64,000 nt of DNA, from contig NC_068988.1 in NCBI RefSeq assembly GCF_001194135.2, positions 4,967,790 through 5,031,789 of the forward strand, in the 5' to 3' direction. This document shows, piece after piece, positions 1-13,416 of the stretch (the first letter of the stretch is position 1; each line of letters starts with the position of its first letter). Below the pieces are notes generated by a model. That model made no database searches. It was not told the DNA's origin and worked only from the letters and a program-made list of their open reading frames with translations. The stretch is from Octopus bimaculoides (lineage: Eukaryota). The position numbers and the translations under genes are program-made.

Positions 1-950
1 TATATATATATATTTCATGTATAGTTGATGCGAGAAACGGAAGAAATAAGTGTACATTAATTATTTATGTACAGTGAAATGGGTTCCTTTGAAGTTTCAC
101 TGGAGTTATGCTATATCATACAAAACGATCCACGAGATACAGAAAACATATTTTCATTGACAATCCGTTTCATTTATTATTATTATTTTTGCTATTTTTA
201 TTCCTACTACTACTACTACTAACACCCCCACCACCAGTTCTACTACTGCTACCACTATCTCAAACATAGCTATATACATTTTAGAATTGCTATAAAATGT
301 ATCCACAATCAAAAACAATACATTGTACAACAAAGTTACACTGAAAGTTACAGTTTCATAGTAACAGGCTTCGGTATTTCTCTAGAATGCTTTTTAATTT
401 GGTGAAAAAAGAATAAAAGAATAGAATAGGTCGTAGACATTCACGAGACTAAATACTAAACGAGAGAGAAGGTGAAAGCATTATAGCCATGTTTGCCAAA
501 AGCACACAACTAAAGATGAAAATACTTTCATACACTTTCAAGATTTGTGAAATACTGAGTTGAAAGTTTCTCTCAGAAACAAAGGAATAATATTACTGGA
601 CAACATTTAATGACAGGATGATGGAGATTAATTTTAGTATATATACACATAGAATGTGTGTGGTGGGGGTGTCAATTTATAATATGATAACATGTACTTC
701 TCCACTGTATCATAAGACGTTTACATGCACGAAATTTGGAACTAGATAGGCTGTTATCGATTGGCAGCAGGTAAAATCTGGTGTGCGTTGAGACGAGATA
801 TCTTTAAAAAGAAAATCGGGACAAAAAAAAGCTTTCGCTATACTTAATTTATGAAAAAACTAACGATGGCGATGTTGAACCAGTGCGAATGGATATTTCC
901 AAATACGCTCCTGAGAAGAAATCAACATGATCAGTGTGCTCTGCTCTCAG

Positions 951-952
<2 letters not shown>

Positions 953-988
<36 letters not shown>
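953..988. repeat. (TA)n microsatellite, upstream of an N-gap (1029-1213)
   Basis: Direct read of the TA run. Confidence 0.95.
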
Positions 989-993
<5 letters not shown>

Positions 994-1303
994 AACATAT
1001 ACGCCCCCCCATATACATACATGCATCCNNNNNNNNNNNNNNNNNNNNNNNNNNNNNNNNNNNNNNNNNNNNNNNNNNNNNNNNNNNNNNNNNNNNNNNN
1101 NNNNNNNNNNNNNNNNNNNNNNNNNNNNNNNNNNNNNNNNNNNNNNNNNNNNNNNNNNNNNNNNNNNNNNNNNNNNNNNNNNNNNNNNNNNNNNNNNNNN
1201 NNNNNNNNNNNNNATATATATATATATATATAAATGAAAATGAGCTACGAGAAATAGTTCAGTGACCTTTAGTGTGAATTTAAATAACAAAGACGAATAA
1301 AAA

Positions 1304-1482
1304 GATATTAGTTTCAAATTTTAGCACACGGCCAACAATTTCGAGGAAGGTGTTTAGTCGATGTCCTCGATCCCAGAGATGAACTGGTGTTGATTCTATC
1401 AACCCGTAAAGGATGAAACGTCTGCAGAATTTGAACTCTGAAGGTAAAGACGGACGAATGCCGCTAAGCATTTTGTGTGGCA
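1304..1482 (-). mobile_element. SINE family A copy (tRNA-derived, Meta/MESC-like centre), 5'-truncated
   Basis: Reverse complement reads aaatgcttagcggcattcgtccgtctttac..gagttcaaattc..tttcatcctttacgggttgatagaat..ccagtt..ggccgtgtgctaaaatttgaaac, collinear with the full copy at 50154-50372. Confidence 0.8.
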
Positions 1483-2178
1483 TTCAAACCGAGACGAACT
1501 CATACCATTAAAAATAAGACAGTTTGTCGGAAGAGAAAAGAGAATAGAGGAGATGATAACGTGGAGTTAATCTTTTATCTACAATGAATATTACAGACGT
1601 TATTCGAACGCCTTGAGTTTCGAGCTACGAAGCTCGTCATACTTTAACATTATCCTGTAATGAAAGAGCGTGCAGGCTTCACTTTACTGACGGGACCGCT
1701 CGTTTGCATAACTAAATATACTTACCTACCTACCTACCAACCTACCTACGTATGCATGTATGTATGTATGTATGTATATATGTATGTATGCATGCATGCA
1801 AACATGCTGTGCGGATATTAGTACGTGTAGATGTATGTATCAGAAACAGTGAAACTCCTTTACATATAAAGGAAACACGTTTCATATAATTTTAAACGTA
1901 TGTCTAGATTTGTTGTGAAATCAAGTATAATCTCCATGAAGCTATAGAAGTCCTTCTACACAGTTAAATCTGTGAGTGGCAATTATCAAGTAATTTCGTT
2001 GAGGGCAAGCCAAGAACCTGAGTATTTTTCAGTCATTCACTTGATTATTTCCATCTCAATCAGGCTGAAATACTGAAATACTCGTAACGTGTTCTGTATG
2101 GATTATAATCGAACAACCGTAAACAAACATTTAAGTGTCTAAACTGGATTATTATGCATTTCCTTTCACAAGTAAGAG

Positions 2179-2180
<2 letters not shown>

Positions 2181-2233
<53 letters not shown>
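2181..2233. repeat. (TG)n microsatellite abutting an N-gap (2234-2502)
   Basis: Direct read. Confidence 0.95.
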
Positions 2234-3644
2234 NNNNNNNNNNNNNNNNNNNNNNNNNNNNNNNNNNNNNNNNNNNNNNNNNNNNNNNNNNNNNNNNNNN
2301 NNNNNNNNNNNNNNNNNNNNNNNNNNNNNNNNNNNNNNNNNNNNNNNNNNNNNNNNNNNNNNNNNNNNNNNNNNNNNNNNNNNNNNNNNNNNNNNNNNNN
2401 NNNNNNNNNNNNNNNNNNNNNNNNNNNNNNNNNNNNNNNNNNNNNNNNNNNNNNNNNNNNNNNNNNNNNNNNNNNNNNNNNNNNNNNNNNNNNNNNNNNN
2501 NNATATATAAAATCTATGTATGAGTACCTGATAATTGTGATGTGTGTGTTAACGTTGGTCTCTTTTAATAGTATAATACACCCGAAGATTTTCGAACATG
2601 CTTTTATATCATAATTTTTTTTTTGTCTTATTTTTGCGATGGCGTTAGACGTCACTGATAAGAGAACTATGGCAATTGATGAAAAGTTACTTCCCTTTTT
2701 TACATTACTTTTGATACAACACTCGGTTATTGCGCCATTTTAAAACAATGAATATACTCAGATCTGTTGTTTAGGAAACATTTTTTTAAAGATGTAAAGC
2801 AATGTGCGCATCTGAGTGTATGATTGGGAAGCGTACTTGTTTGTTAAATGACTTTCTAACCTCTGCTAAAACGCGGCAGTGTCATTTTAGCATAGATAAC
2901 ATAAAATGTGCTGCAACTAGTTTTTTGGTTTATTTAAGAGTCAAAATGTTTTGTCGCACATTTAAGACTCAAAATCTGACACGATCCCCCCTCCACCGCT
3001 TTTAACATACACAGCGACCAAGTTTTAGCTTGGCCTCACGATAACAAAACACTTCTCCGAGCGATATTAATAATGTCTTGCTTCTACTTGAAATGGGGAA
3101 TCTTTTCCAAAACATTAAAGAATAATTAAACAACTTATGTCATGTAATAACAGTATTTTCCCTTTGTTTTTCTTCATCAACGTCACCTTACATATTCGGG
3201 TTAACTCCTCTTCATCAGCAGTGTTCCAAGGCTTTTGTAAACATTTATCTCATCTAAAAGTACGACAAAACTCAAGAGACTTATAATGTAAACAGAATAT
3301 AATAGATTTCGTGTGTCTTTAATTGTATAGAGTCACTCTTCTATGATGAATTTTGTACACACACACTACACATAGACAGACGTATAGAGACAATACGGAC
3401 CAGGACTCTCGCTATTTCACTCAACATGTCTGAGCGTCGGGACTGATTAAATGCAGCATGTACAGTCTTCTTCATTGCATTTTGAAGAATGTTGAGCTTT
3501 ATTTAAATGTTTGCATGATGTGTTATTTGATATGTATCAAACTCTGTGTATGTACAAGTATGTGTGCATGCAGATGTGTGTGTACTGTCTGTGCGTGTGC
3601 GAATGTGCCTACTAGAAAGGGTCTGGATATTAAGCGGTGATGCG

Positions 3645-3700
3645 AGTTCAAATCCATGTCAGTTTTGCCTTTCATTCTTCATGGGTCAACAGGGAAGTAT
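3645..3700 (+). mobile_element. SINE family A fragment (B-box plus central domain)
   Basis: gagttcaaatcc..ttttgcctttcattcttcatgggtcaac resembles the A-family core gagttcaaattcc..ctttgcctttcatcctttcggggtcgat. Confidence 0.5.
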
Positions 3701-3825
3701 AAATCAAGATGAGGAAGAGGATAGCGAAGAAGATGAGGACTGTAGACACACTTAATTAGGTTTTATCAATTCGTTATATTTCATTAATCTTAAATTTTAG
3801 AGTTATTCTCAATAATAATTTCAGT

Positions 3826-3943
3826 AGGAGGCGGAGGAGGTGGTCGTAGTGGTGGTGGGGGGGTGATGGTGGTGGTGGTGGCGGTGGCGTTGGCGGTGGT
3901 ATTGTTGTTGTTGGTGGTGGTGGTGGTGGTGGTGGTGGTGGTG
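3826..3943. repeat. Imperfect (GGT)n/(GTT)n trinucleotide tract
   Basis: Direct read. Confidence 0.9.
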
Positions 3944-4146
3944 AGGACGATGATGGTGTGAATCACCAAGCACTTATTTATTCATTTGTTTATTTATTTA
4001 CATTATCAACTTATTGAATTAATTATTCCTCATTTACGTGTATAATAGGGTTTTTATTCATTAACCATTTTATGAAATATTTTTATTAAATTTAAATTAG
4101 AGTTGCTATCAGTGTAAGGTTTTAAGAATTTTCAATCGTTCGATCA

Positions 4147-4202
<56 letters not shown>
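4147..4202. repeat. (ATT)n microsatellite
   Basis: Direct read, about 19 units. Confidence 0.95.
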
Positions 4203-4204
<2 letters not shown>

Positions 4205-7200
4205 AGTGATAACAATCAGCCCTAACTCAATAACTACTCACTCTGTCACCTATTTCACTACTTTCACTTATTCAATTATTTACTTTAATTACTTTGTAGT
4301 TATATACACTTTTTGTCCCTATTAGTTTCTATTACCTACATCTTACATATTTGTCATTCGTACTATAGAAGCATGAAGACCGCATATGATCGCAGAAAAC
4401 CAAATGAACAGTGTAATATCATAAACTTTGCAATTCCCTATGATAGCAAAGCAGATACCAAAGAAATTGAAACTTTAAGAAATATCTTGTGTTGTGTGTG
4501 TATGGAAAGATAGTTGGTCGTCTGCTACTCATTGAAAAGTGAAAGAAATTGGAATGCACTTTATATACTTTATGCACAATTTTATAGACTTAATACTCAA
4601 CTCTTATAAAATAAATATTCACTCTTATTTTTCCAATTTTCCCATACAAAAGAAAAAATATCCCGTATATATGATACAAACTTTTGTTAAATTGCATATA
4701 TCACGGAATTACATTTATGCGCATGTGTTAAGTGATATGTGATATAAAAAACTTAGTTCAAGTTAAAAAATAATACACTTTTCACTATCCACGCATCACC
4801 GCCGCCCCACCACCACAACAACAACCTCCACTACCATCACTACCATCATAATCACCCTCTCACCCTCACTCTCTTCCACTCTTTCTCCCTCCTCTCTCTC
4901 TCTCTCTCCCTCTCTGCCTTTCTTTAACCTCACCATCAGAATATCACCCCTTTGCTAAAATTATATTTTTAACTCTCTTCCTCTACCTTCAACTAACTTT
5001 TTTAACCAGGTAATAGATATATGACCTAGCAGTGTTATACTTTAAAACAAATATAGCTAACTATGGTGCCGAAACTTCAGAAGAATGGAATACATGAATA
5101 AATTAATATCGGATTTATTTTACCAAAAAGAATTGTAACTCAATTTAAGACATAGTGCATACTTATTATTATTTTTTTTAAGTTTGTGTCGTATTTTGCG
5201 TTAACTCTTTTGTATTAGAGTCCCATTTCAATTTCAAGGAATAATGATATATTGAGGAAGTTGTATTGACTTTTTGTGTCTAAAGACGACAACTAACCGA
5301 TGCACGTGCAGTTGCAGCGTAAATAACTCTCAAATCGTTCTATCATATATAAATCTCATAAGATATTTGTTGATTTTGTTAAAACTATAGACCACTTGCA
5401 GTGAAATAGAACGGCTCCTTTAATTATTTCGCAATAATCTGTCATTAAAGCCAATTGCCAAAATTATCCAGAGTTCTAAATTAGTACTCTGTTTCATTTG
5501 TTTAATTAATGGTTTCAGCCAGCAATAATGTAAAATCATACAATAGCATTGCTTTGCATAAAATAATTGCCTTTAATATTTTATGAATTCAATGTCGGCA
5601 ATGCTTAACAAAAGCTCTTGGTTATATTTTTTCCAAAGCTAACACTGATACCACCGATCTAATTCCATTGTACTGGTATTGATTTCTTGCATGAAGCTCA
5701 AAGCTAGGTATTTATAGAGTACGGCAAATAACATTGCATAAACGTCAGGCTGTTCTAGAGAGAATTATGGAAGTACATGGTATTGGTTACAATCAGAAAT
5801 CAAAACTGAATGCTTTGGTTGGGATACTGTCCACAGAAGTGACAATTTAGTAGACATCAAATACTGAACATGCGTCAGAGCAAACAAAAACAAAAAAATG
5901 CAGATGAGATGTGACACAAAAGAGAAGGCTCCATTGTTCAAGAAAGAGAAAAGATTGAAGTGATATAACTGTGTTAATAAATGAGACAGTGCCTCATTTA
6001 GTAACACAATACAACCTATAGCACAGAGTCAGTATGAGAGCTTGATTTCCTAAAAATAGCAACTAAAGTTTCTCTCAAAGGAAACGCTACCATCTTTAAA
6101 CAGAGATGTAACATTGCACAATGTAGTTCTCGATATATCTGGAAACAGACAAACCGGCCATTGATAGAGTGCTTTCGGCCACAGTTCGACAAAAGTAAGT
6201 CTCATACGGGTTAATAACAACAACCTGTACCAGATGCGCCCCACCACCCTGTTTTCTCTCTCCCATTCCCAAGATTACTATAACGATTCCTGGAAGACTC
6301 TCCTGCCGAGCGATTTACATTTCCTCCCTCCACTTATTGCTATCACTACTGTGTTTTACCTTTCTGCATTGAATCTCTCCCGCCATCAAGTATTATCCTA
6401 ACAAATCCCAATCTTTCTCTCTGCAAACCCTTGATTAAACAAAACACCGGTCATATTGATTTCTTGGACAGGCTAAATGGATCATCAATATTGCCACCCT
6501 CTGTCCGACAATCAATTAATAAAAAGGAAGGTATGACCTCGCGTTGATGTCCTTTACGTAATCATGTAATAATCACAAAATTAATCATTACAATAACCAT
6601 AAATAACGTTATAATCATAAAATCAGCGATTAATTTCCCTGGGATAAAGGAACAGGGGTTTTCATAGACGAAGTAACACTGAGCAATTACTTATAAAGAC
6701 GAATTTGGCAAAACTGACGGATAATGAGGAACACACTACAGCTATGAATAAAAAATGCAACACTAAAACTTGTTTATGAGCCAATACTGGCAATAACAAT
6801 AATTTTATCGAATACGGTGCTCTGTGCAAATATGAATATTTATAATATCGAAAACAGAGCATACTGGAATGATTTCCTACATATATTCAAATAGGGGTCA
6901 CAGAGACGATCAGCTTCATTCTGGTATGATTCTATACCGAGATAAAACCACTCGTTCAATGTTTCGATGAGGCTCACGCTAAAATACTTTAATATACATA
7001 TACATACACACACACATGTATGTATATAAGTACATGCAAAACTTACGAATTCTTCAGATGAAAAAGCAATCCCTTTATTTCCAATATTTTTATATTCTCT
7101 AATGAGCTCAAAGTATTGTAATCAAGACTGGGCTAGTCCATTATGTTATACTTGTCATAGATATGTAAAAAAAAAACTCAAACTATTGGGATCAAGACTG

Positions 7201-8511
7201 GGATCAAGTTCTCTAAACAATCTCATTGTTTGCCTCCAAATGAAATAATATTATTTTCAGAGTTGTCAGGAGAAATAAAACTGCTGTGTTATATAGTAAT
7301 CACCTGAAAACATTTCAATACAGAAGCGAGACTAATAATGGTTATGTTAATGATGATGTTTTTACTAATCCGACTTTGAATGTGGAATATCTTCTCGGCT
7401 CTGTTTGAGATTTACATCTCATTGATATTCTACAGATGTAATTTATTTGCATTTTAGTCCTAAACACATTTATTCTTACACATTCCTGCTTTTTATGTTA
7501 TCAAAAACAGAAAATTCCAGCATTTTCGGGCTTTTTTGTTAGGTTGGTTACTGTTCTTATACTAAGAATTTTCAATAATCGGGCTACATTGCTATTAAAG
7601 CTTATAATCTTTTTAAAAATATAACATTTTCAATGTACATGTCATTGTTACGGTCGACATTTTTTATCGCTTCTTTTAGCTGTTTGCTGTTGTATTTGTT
7701 GCCATTTTTTAGCAAATTTGTTGCAAAAATTCTAACTTCATTTTATTTAAATGATTTTTTTTTTCTTCTCGCGTTTCAGAACCTGCTGTATTTTACAGCA
7801 AATAAAATCCTATGTAAACCGAAGTAATTCTAACAGAGTAACATTAAATCTTTTTTAGTTCAAAATCAAATGCTTTAAAGATTTTAAAATGCATCAACCG
7901 AATTTCCAGTTTTTAATTTTCTTTTTCTTATTCACAAATTAAAGCAGAACATATTGTCATTTTAAAGATTAATTTAAAAAGTTAAATTAAAATTGACTCC
8001 CCCACCCACCACTTTTTATTTTGTATCTTCAATGTATTCATCAATCAAAATATATTGACTGGTTTAGGTTCTGAAACTCATATATTCTATACCAGTTATT
8101 ACCGCAACAAAAGTTTATGAGTACAAAGTCTTTTATATCAGTGAGCTGGTACTCACTGGCTTTGGTTACTTTTAATAAGATTATTAACATTTGTAGAAAC
8201 AGGATCAATAGTATTTTATCTTAATTAGATTTGTTCTTCTGAATATTGAAGGACTTATGTGGCTCCCATGCTTTTTTATTCAAGAGAAGAGGTTGAATCA
8301 TAAAAAGTATAAATAAGTTTATCAGGATCTGAGTAGAAATATAATCCATTTTAATAGAAAAAATTGAATTACCTCTCACGGACGAGAATTTCTCAATCTT
8401 AAGCAAATCACTAAAACATTGTGTTCCCAACAAACATATTTCTATATTTGCTAAAACATAAAACTGTGCTGACAATATTGCTGACTCGTATATTAGCGTG
8501 CGCGTGCGCGT

Positions 8512-8548
<37 letters not shown>

Positions 8549-8742
8549 GGGCCGGTAGAACAAACAGGAGAAATATAACTCAATGAGTATGCATATATAT
8601 GACAGTTTCGTCCTGAAGAACGAGCTACAGGATATATGAAATCCTTTTGATGCAACTGTTATATACAATTACAATGTATACCACATATGTTTGGTCTAAT
8701 ACACAAAGTATTAATCTCTAAATGTTTCTTAAATCCAACATG

Positions 8743-8747
8743 TATTA

Positions 8748-8794
<47 letters not shown>
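8743..8794. repeat. (ATT)n tract forming the 3' flank/tail of a Dong element
   Basis: Direct read. Confidence 0.95.
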
Positions 8795-9164
8795 GCCTTT
8801 GCACAGCTTCTAACGCTGCAGATGTACTACGGCGTCAGCTGTTCAGTACCAGGGAACTAAGGTAACGCGCCTTATATTTCGGGCACCTTCCGGAGTGTTC
8901 GAGCGGTTCCAAGCAGTGCTGTTTTCTGTAAGCGCTCCACCCTTATTGCAGCCCCTATTTGTTCCATGTACTTCTCAAGACTTTTACTCACTGTTCCCAG
9001 GGCTCCAACAATTATTGGTACTACTATCACCTTTTTCATCAACCACAGCTGCTTAACTTTCCAAGCTAACCTGTCATATCTCTCGACTTTTCTTTCTTCC
9101 TTATCGCATACCTTGTTGTCAGCTGAGTATACTATATCTATGATCCAACATAGTTTGCTTTCTT

Positions 9165-9166
<2 letters not shown>
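8795..9166 (-). mobile_element. R4/Dong-clade non-LTR retrotransposon 3' end (restriction-like endonuclease C-terminus plus 3'UTR), 5'-truncated, inserted in (TAA)n
   Basis: Minus frame KLCWIIDIVYSADNKVCDKEERKVERYDRLAWKVKQLWLMKKVIVVPIIVGALGTVSKSLEKYMEQIG..LQKTALLGTARTLRKVPEI* (stop 8872-8874) matches the R4 RLE pattern IIDV..D..KE.EK..KY..L..LW..VVP.V.GALG..LQK.ALLGTA.ILRKVL. (AAT)n lies on both sides. Confidence 0.92.
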
Positions 9167-9234
<68 letters not shown>

Positions 9235-9258
9235 CATCATCATTATTATTATTATTAT
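9167..9258. repeat. (ATT)n tract at the 5' side of the Dong insertion
   Basis: Direct read, with a few ATC variants. Confidence 0.95.
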
Positions 9259-9435
9259 AGACGTCGCACAGTATACAATATCGTGAGGTTGTTGATTGAA
9301 AATATTGCATCTACCGGGGGAGTATTGAATAATTGATTGGAAGTTTATGTTGACGTACTTTCATTTGGGTGGAAAATGTACTTTGTATCAGGCCATATAT
9401 TTTAAATTTCATCTCACACACACATACACACACAG

Positions 9436-9479
<44 letters not shown>

Positions 9480-10553
9480 TTAATGCACACAGGGATAATT
9501 TAGTTTTAGAAAAAATGTTTTGCACTCCTTTCAGAATACGGAACAAATTTGAAACACGAAAGAGGTCTAAAGTCGTTGAGTAAAGATTTATTATTTAATT
9601 TATGCCCAATCTTCCACATGTAACATTAAATCTCAAAGCTATTTCAATTAAAAAAAAGTCGATGTTTTACACATGTAATATATTCTTCATATTCCAGTAG
9701 TAAAAAATAAACTGTTTTGTTTTAAGGATCGCACAGATTCTGCCTAAACATTAGTCGACTTAATATTCGACCGAATCGACTAAATTCCTCGGACTTATTT
9801 GATCTTGCGTACAAGAATTAAAGGGAGGAAACACAAACTAAACTGCTAAAAACTTAGCAATATCTTAGAATAAAGAAAAGCAAGAAGATTCACGAAGTGA
9901 AATACGTAGATTTGTCTTGAATACTCTCATATATTAATTAACTAAAACAAATTAATATGGGTTGGTGATGCATCTAAATATTTCATTTTCATGATGTCTG
10001 ATGACATGAGTTCCTCCTGGCCAAAGCTCCAATTCATTTTCGTGAGTGGAAAAGTGCCTTCTTCTAGGTGTTGTCAATAACATCTTGATAAAATTTGTTT
10101 TGTTTTGTCTTTTTTTCATTTACAATATACGTGGCAGTAATGCTTCTTGATCATAATTCACATAAAGCACAAACGATTGCTCACTACGTTTAGTAATCCG
10201 AAGACAATTAATTCTAGAATAGTTTTTGGTTTGTGTCAATAATGTTTTTGTCTGGGCAGAAAGATGTAATATTACAATGACGGGAGAATACAATATTTGA
10301 TACGAACATTTGCTCGAAGGAAATTGGCGATGAAAATGAAGTTAATCTTCTTTGACTGAATCAGATTTGAATATCAAAAGAAAATTAAGTGTAAAACGCC
10401 AAGATGAGTTGAAAGAGCCCAAGAGACAAGACGGTGTCATATCCTCCTGAAAAATGTAAACAAATTTTGTGTGAAGAAAATCTAGTATCATAAATGGCCT
10501 CTACGTCTTACTTGTGCTTACGAAATGTTAGAAATCTTGCTGATAGAAAGTAA

Positions 10554-10556
<3 letters not shown>

Positions 10557-10613
<57 letters not shown>
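10557..10613. repeat. (GA)n microsatellite abutting an N-gap (10614-11019)
   Basis: Direct read. Confidence 0.95.
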
Positions 10614-11719
10614 NNNNNNNNNNNNNNNNNNNNNNNNNNNNNNNNNNNNNNNNNNNNNNNNNNNNNNNNNNNNNNNNNNNNNNNNNNNNNNNNNNNNNNN
10701 NNNNNNNNNNNNNNNNNNNNNNNNNNNNNNNNNNNNNNNNNNNNNNNNNNNNNNNNNNNNNNNNNNNNNNNNNNNNNNNNNNNNNNNNNNNNNNNNNNNN
10801 NNNNNNNNNNNNNNNNNNNNNNNNNNNNNNNNNNNNNNNNNNNNNNNNNNNNNNNNNNNNNNNNNNNNNNNNNNNNNNNNNNNNNNNNNNNNNNNNNNNN
10901 NNNNNNNNNNNNNNNNNNNNNNNNNNNNNNNNNNNNNNNNNNNNNNNNNNNNNNNNNNNNNNNNNNNNNNNNNNNNNNNNNNNNNNNNNNNNNNNNNNNN
11001 NNNNNNNNNNNNNNNNNNNTATATATATATATATGTGCAAGTAGGTAAAAATATATATGTACGTATGTATATGTATATTACAATGAAAATATAGAAAACG
11101 GTCAAAGAAAATAGCGATCGAAACAATATATAAAACCAACAAAGATTGGAGATAACAGCAAAGGAAATCAATTTATTGATCTCAATATTGATCCTATTAT
11201 TTTTACAGCTGCAACTATCAAAAGGAGTAAAAGATAAAACCGAGGAAAGAAAATGTAATAACACCTAAGCCTATCCATTTCAGCACGGTTACCATATACG
11301 GGGGAAGGGGTGGATGTCGGTCATTGCAACCACATTTACGATCTGCTGTGGAGTTCAAGCATCTAATCATCATTTATGGCGTGATATCTTTATAATTGCT
11401 GGTGCAATTCTGAGAAGCGAGTGTGAAATCATAAACTTTTTAGTTGATCTCCAGTCTGTAAGTAGGACATTTAGAAACTGAAATGCATGCGCTTTTAAAA
11501 GATCTGAAGCAAGTTCTGGGTTATGTAGCAGTGGTCGATAAATGGGGCTAGCATTATTCCGTGTAGTAGCTTCTACATTTAGCATATGTACATTCACAGA
11601 CACCATACATACATACATACATACATATATACATACATACATACATACATACATACATACGTGCATGCATATATATAGCTTTGCCTTTCTCTTTTTATGT
11701 CATGACTTACACTTAGTGA

Positions 11720-12290
11720 GAACTTATACAGGTTTTTAACAGGTTGTAGCAATGTATAATAAATTTATTCCATGGATATTTCTCAGCTGACTACTTTGCA
11801 AAACTAATTAATTTAAAACATTACTTATATGTTATTACTTTCCATTGGTCTGAGTTTTGTGTTTTCTCTGTAAAAGTCGACGGAGCAATGTTTTGTCGTG
11901 TCTTTTGTATTCAAAATACACTAGCTCTTGTGTGTACAATGCCTGCTATTGTGGTACGTTTTGTCTAAATGCAAGTTCTGAGGTTTTAATAGGCATTTGA
12001 CTGCATCTTTTATTCATCCGTAACTTCATTTCATTATCATGGCGACTGTTTCTCTTTCTAATCACCATTTTCTATATTTTCATATCTTTTTACATATATT
12101 GATAAGATCTTTTCAATTAAAGATGCATTATCGTGTGTTGGGCTTTACTTGAACCAGGAGCTGTTTTCTTTTCTGGTGGTCTGCGACAGCAATATCTTGT
12201 AGATTAATTAACCTTGATATCCGTCTCGATGAAGTGCCATATTCTGTACTTAGACTATTTTATATTATATTGAGCCTTTTCTGATATGTA
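11720..12290 (-). mobile_element. Possible highly decayed LINE reverse-transcriptase remnant
   Basis: Broken minus-strand peptides occur in the expected RT order: KTAPG, AFRQN(R)TTIAGI, VDF, PVKNLY. Many stops and frameshifts. Confidence 0.35.
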
Positions 12291-12295
12291 TACTC

Positions 12296-12350
<55 letters not shown>

Positions 12351-12365
12351 TCTCTCTCTCTCTCT
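12296..12365. repeat. (CT)n microsatellite
   Basis: Direct read. Confidence 0.95.
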
Positions 12366-13416
12366 TTTTCCCTTCTATTGATACCCCGTTATGTTAACAT
12401 TATTTCCAGTGTCCTGTCTGTAGATATCTCTATTGGTTATATCTAGGTAGATACAGGAAATGTAAGTCATTATTCCTTCTCGACATTCACATATTCCCCA
12501 ATTACTTAATGAAATATTGCTTTTATTTTTCTGGATATGCTTTCACTAATTGTAGCAGGTAAGATTTCGACCATTTGTCACAGCCGAACATATCTCAGTA
12601 GTGATGTCTTACTTGGAATGGTGTTTCTACACTAGGATTACGTTTTTAATTTATTTCTCTCCTCTTCACTTTTAAAGATAGAGGACATGTAGGGACTTTT
12701 TTGACCCTCGCTTTTATGAACCCTTCTGTTACTCATTTTTAGACATGTCTTGAGGTTTTGAAAACAACCGTTCTTGTCTCTTTTCCCTCCTGATAACTGT
12801 AACTGTAGCTCCTCTCTCTCAACTCACACGCGCACATACACACGCACATACGCACACATTCACACTTTAGATAGATAGATCGAGAGTCAGTCGACCGATT
12901 TACATTTTTTTTCTTTTGTAAATGTTTTCAATTCTCTTCGTGTACGCTGTCTTTATATTCTAAGAGCCAAAATATGCTTTATTAAAACTTCATATAACAT
13001 TATAAACAAATGTAAAACCAAAGATATAGAGTAATTCTTTGGAATTCATATTCTTAAAATACATAATTCTATATAGTAATATTAATGACAATTATCATTT
13101 GTTCTAGTTAATTCCATTGTTAATTATCAACAACAAATATATTTGATTTTGTGTCGTGGGGTGTTTTAAAGTTTTGTGCAGATTATTTCATCGGAGAAGT
13201 AAAACAAAGTACTTTATCACATGGCTATAAATATGGTTGCCCAAATTACAATATCTTGAGTGAATGTCAATATATTTAATATAATGAGCAGTAAAATAGT
13301 TTATTATTGCAGTGGTGGAGATGAAACCATTACATTTATGACTAATATTGAAAAAGAATAAGGGATGAAGGGATGACAACTCCGAATTTTTAATGATTTA
13401 AATTTAGAATTTATTT

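Noticed and set aside
6104-6194. 91-nt open plus-strand segment ending AAA|GTAAGT
   Set aside because: Weak acceptor, no homology, and expected by chance in AT-rich DNA.
8604-8632. Hairpin followed by GAAAC on the minus strand
   Set aside because: No CTGANGA core can be aligned.
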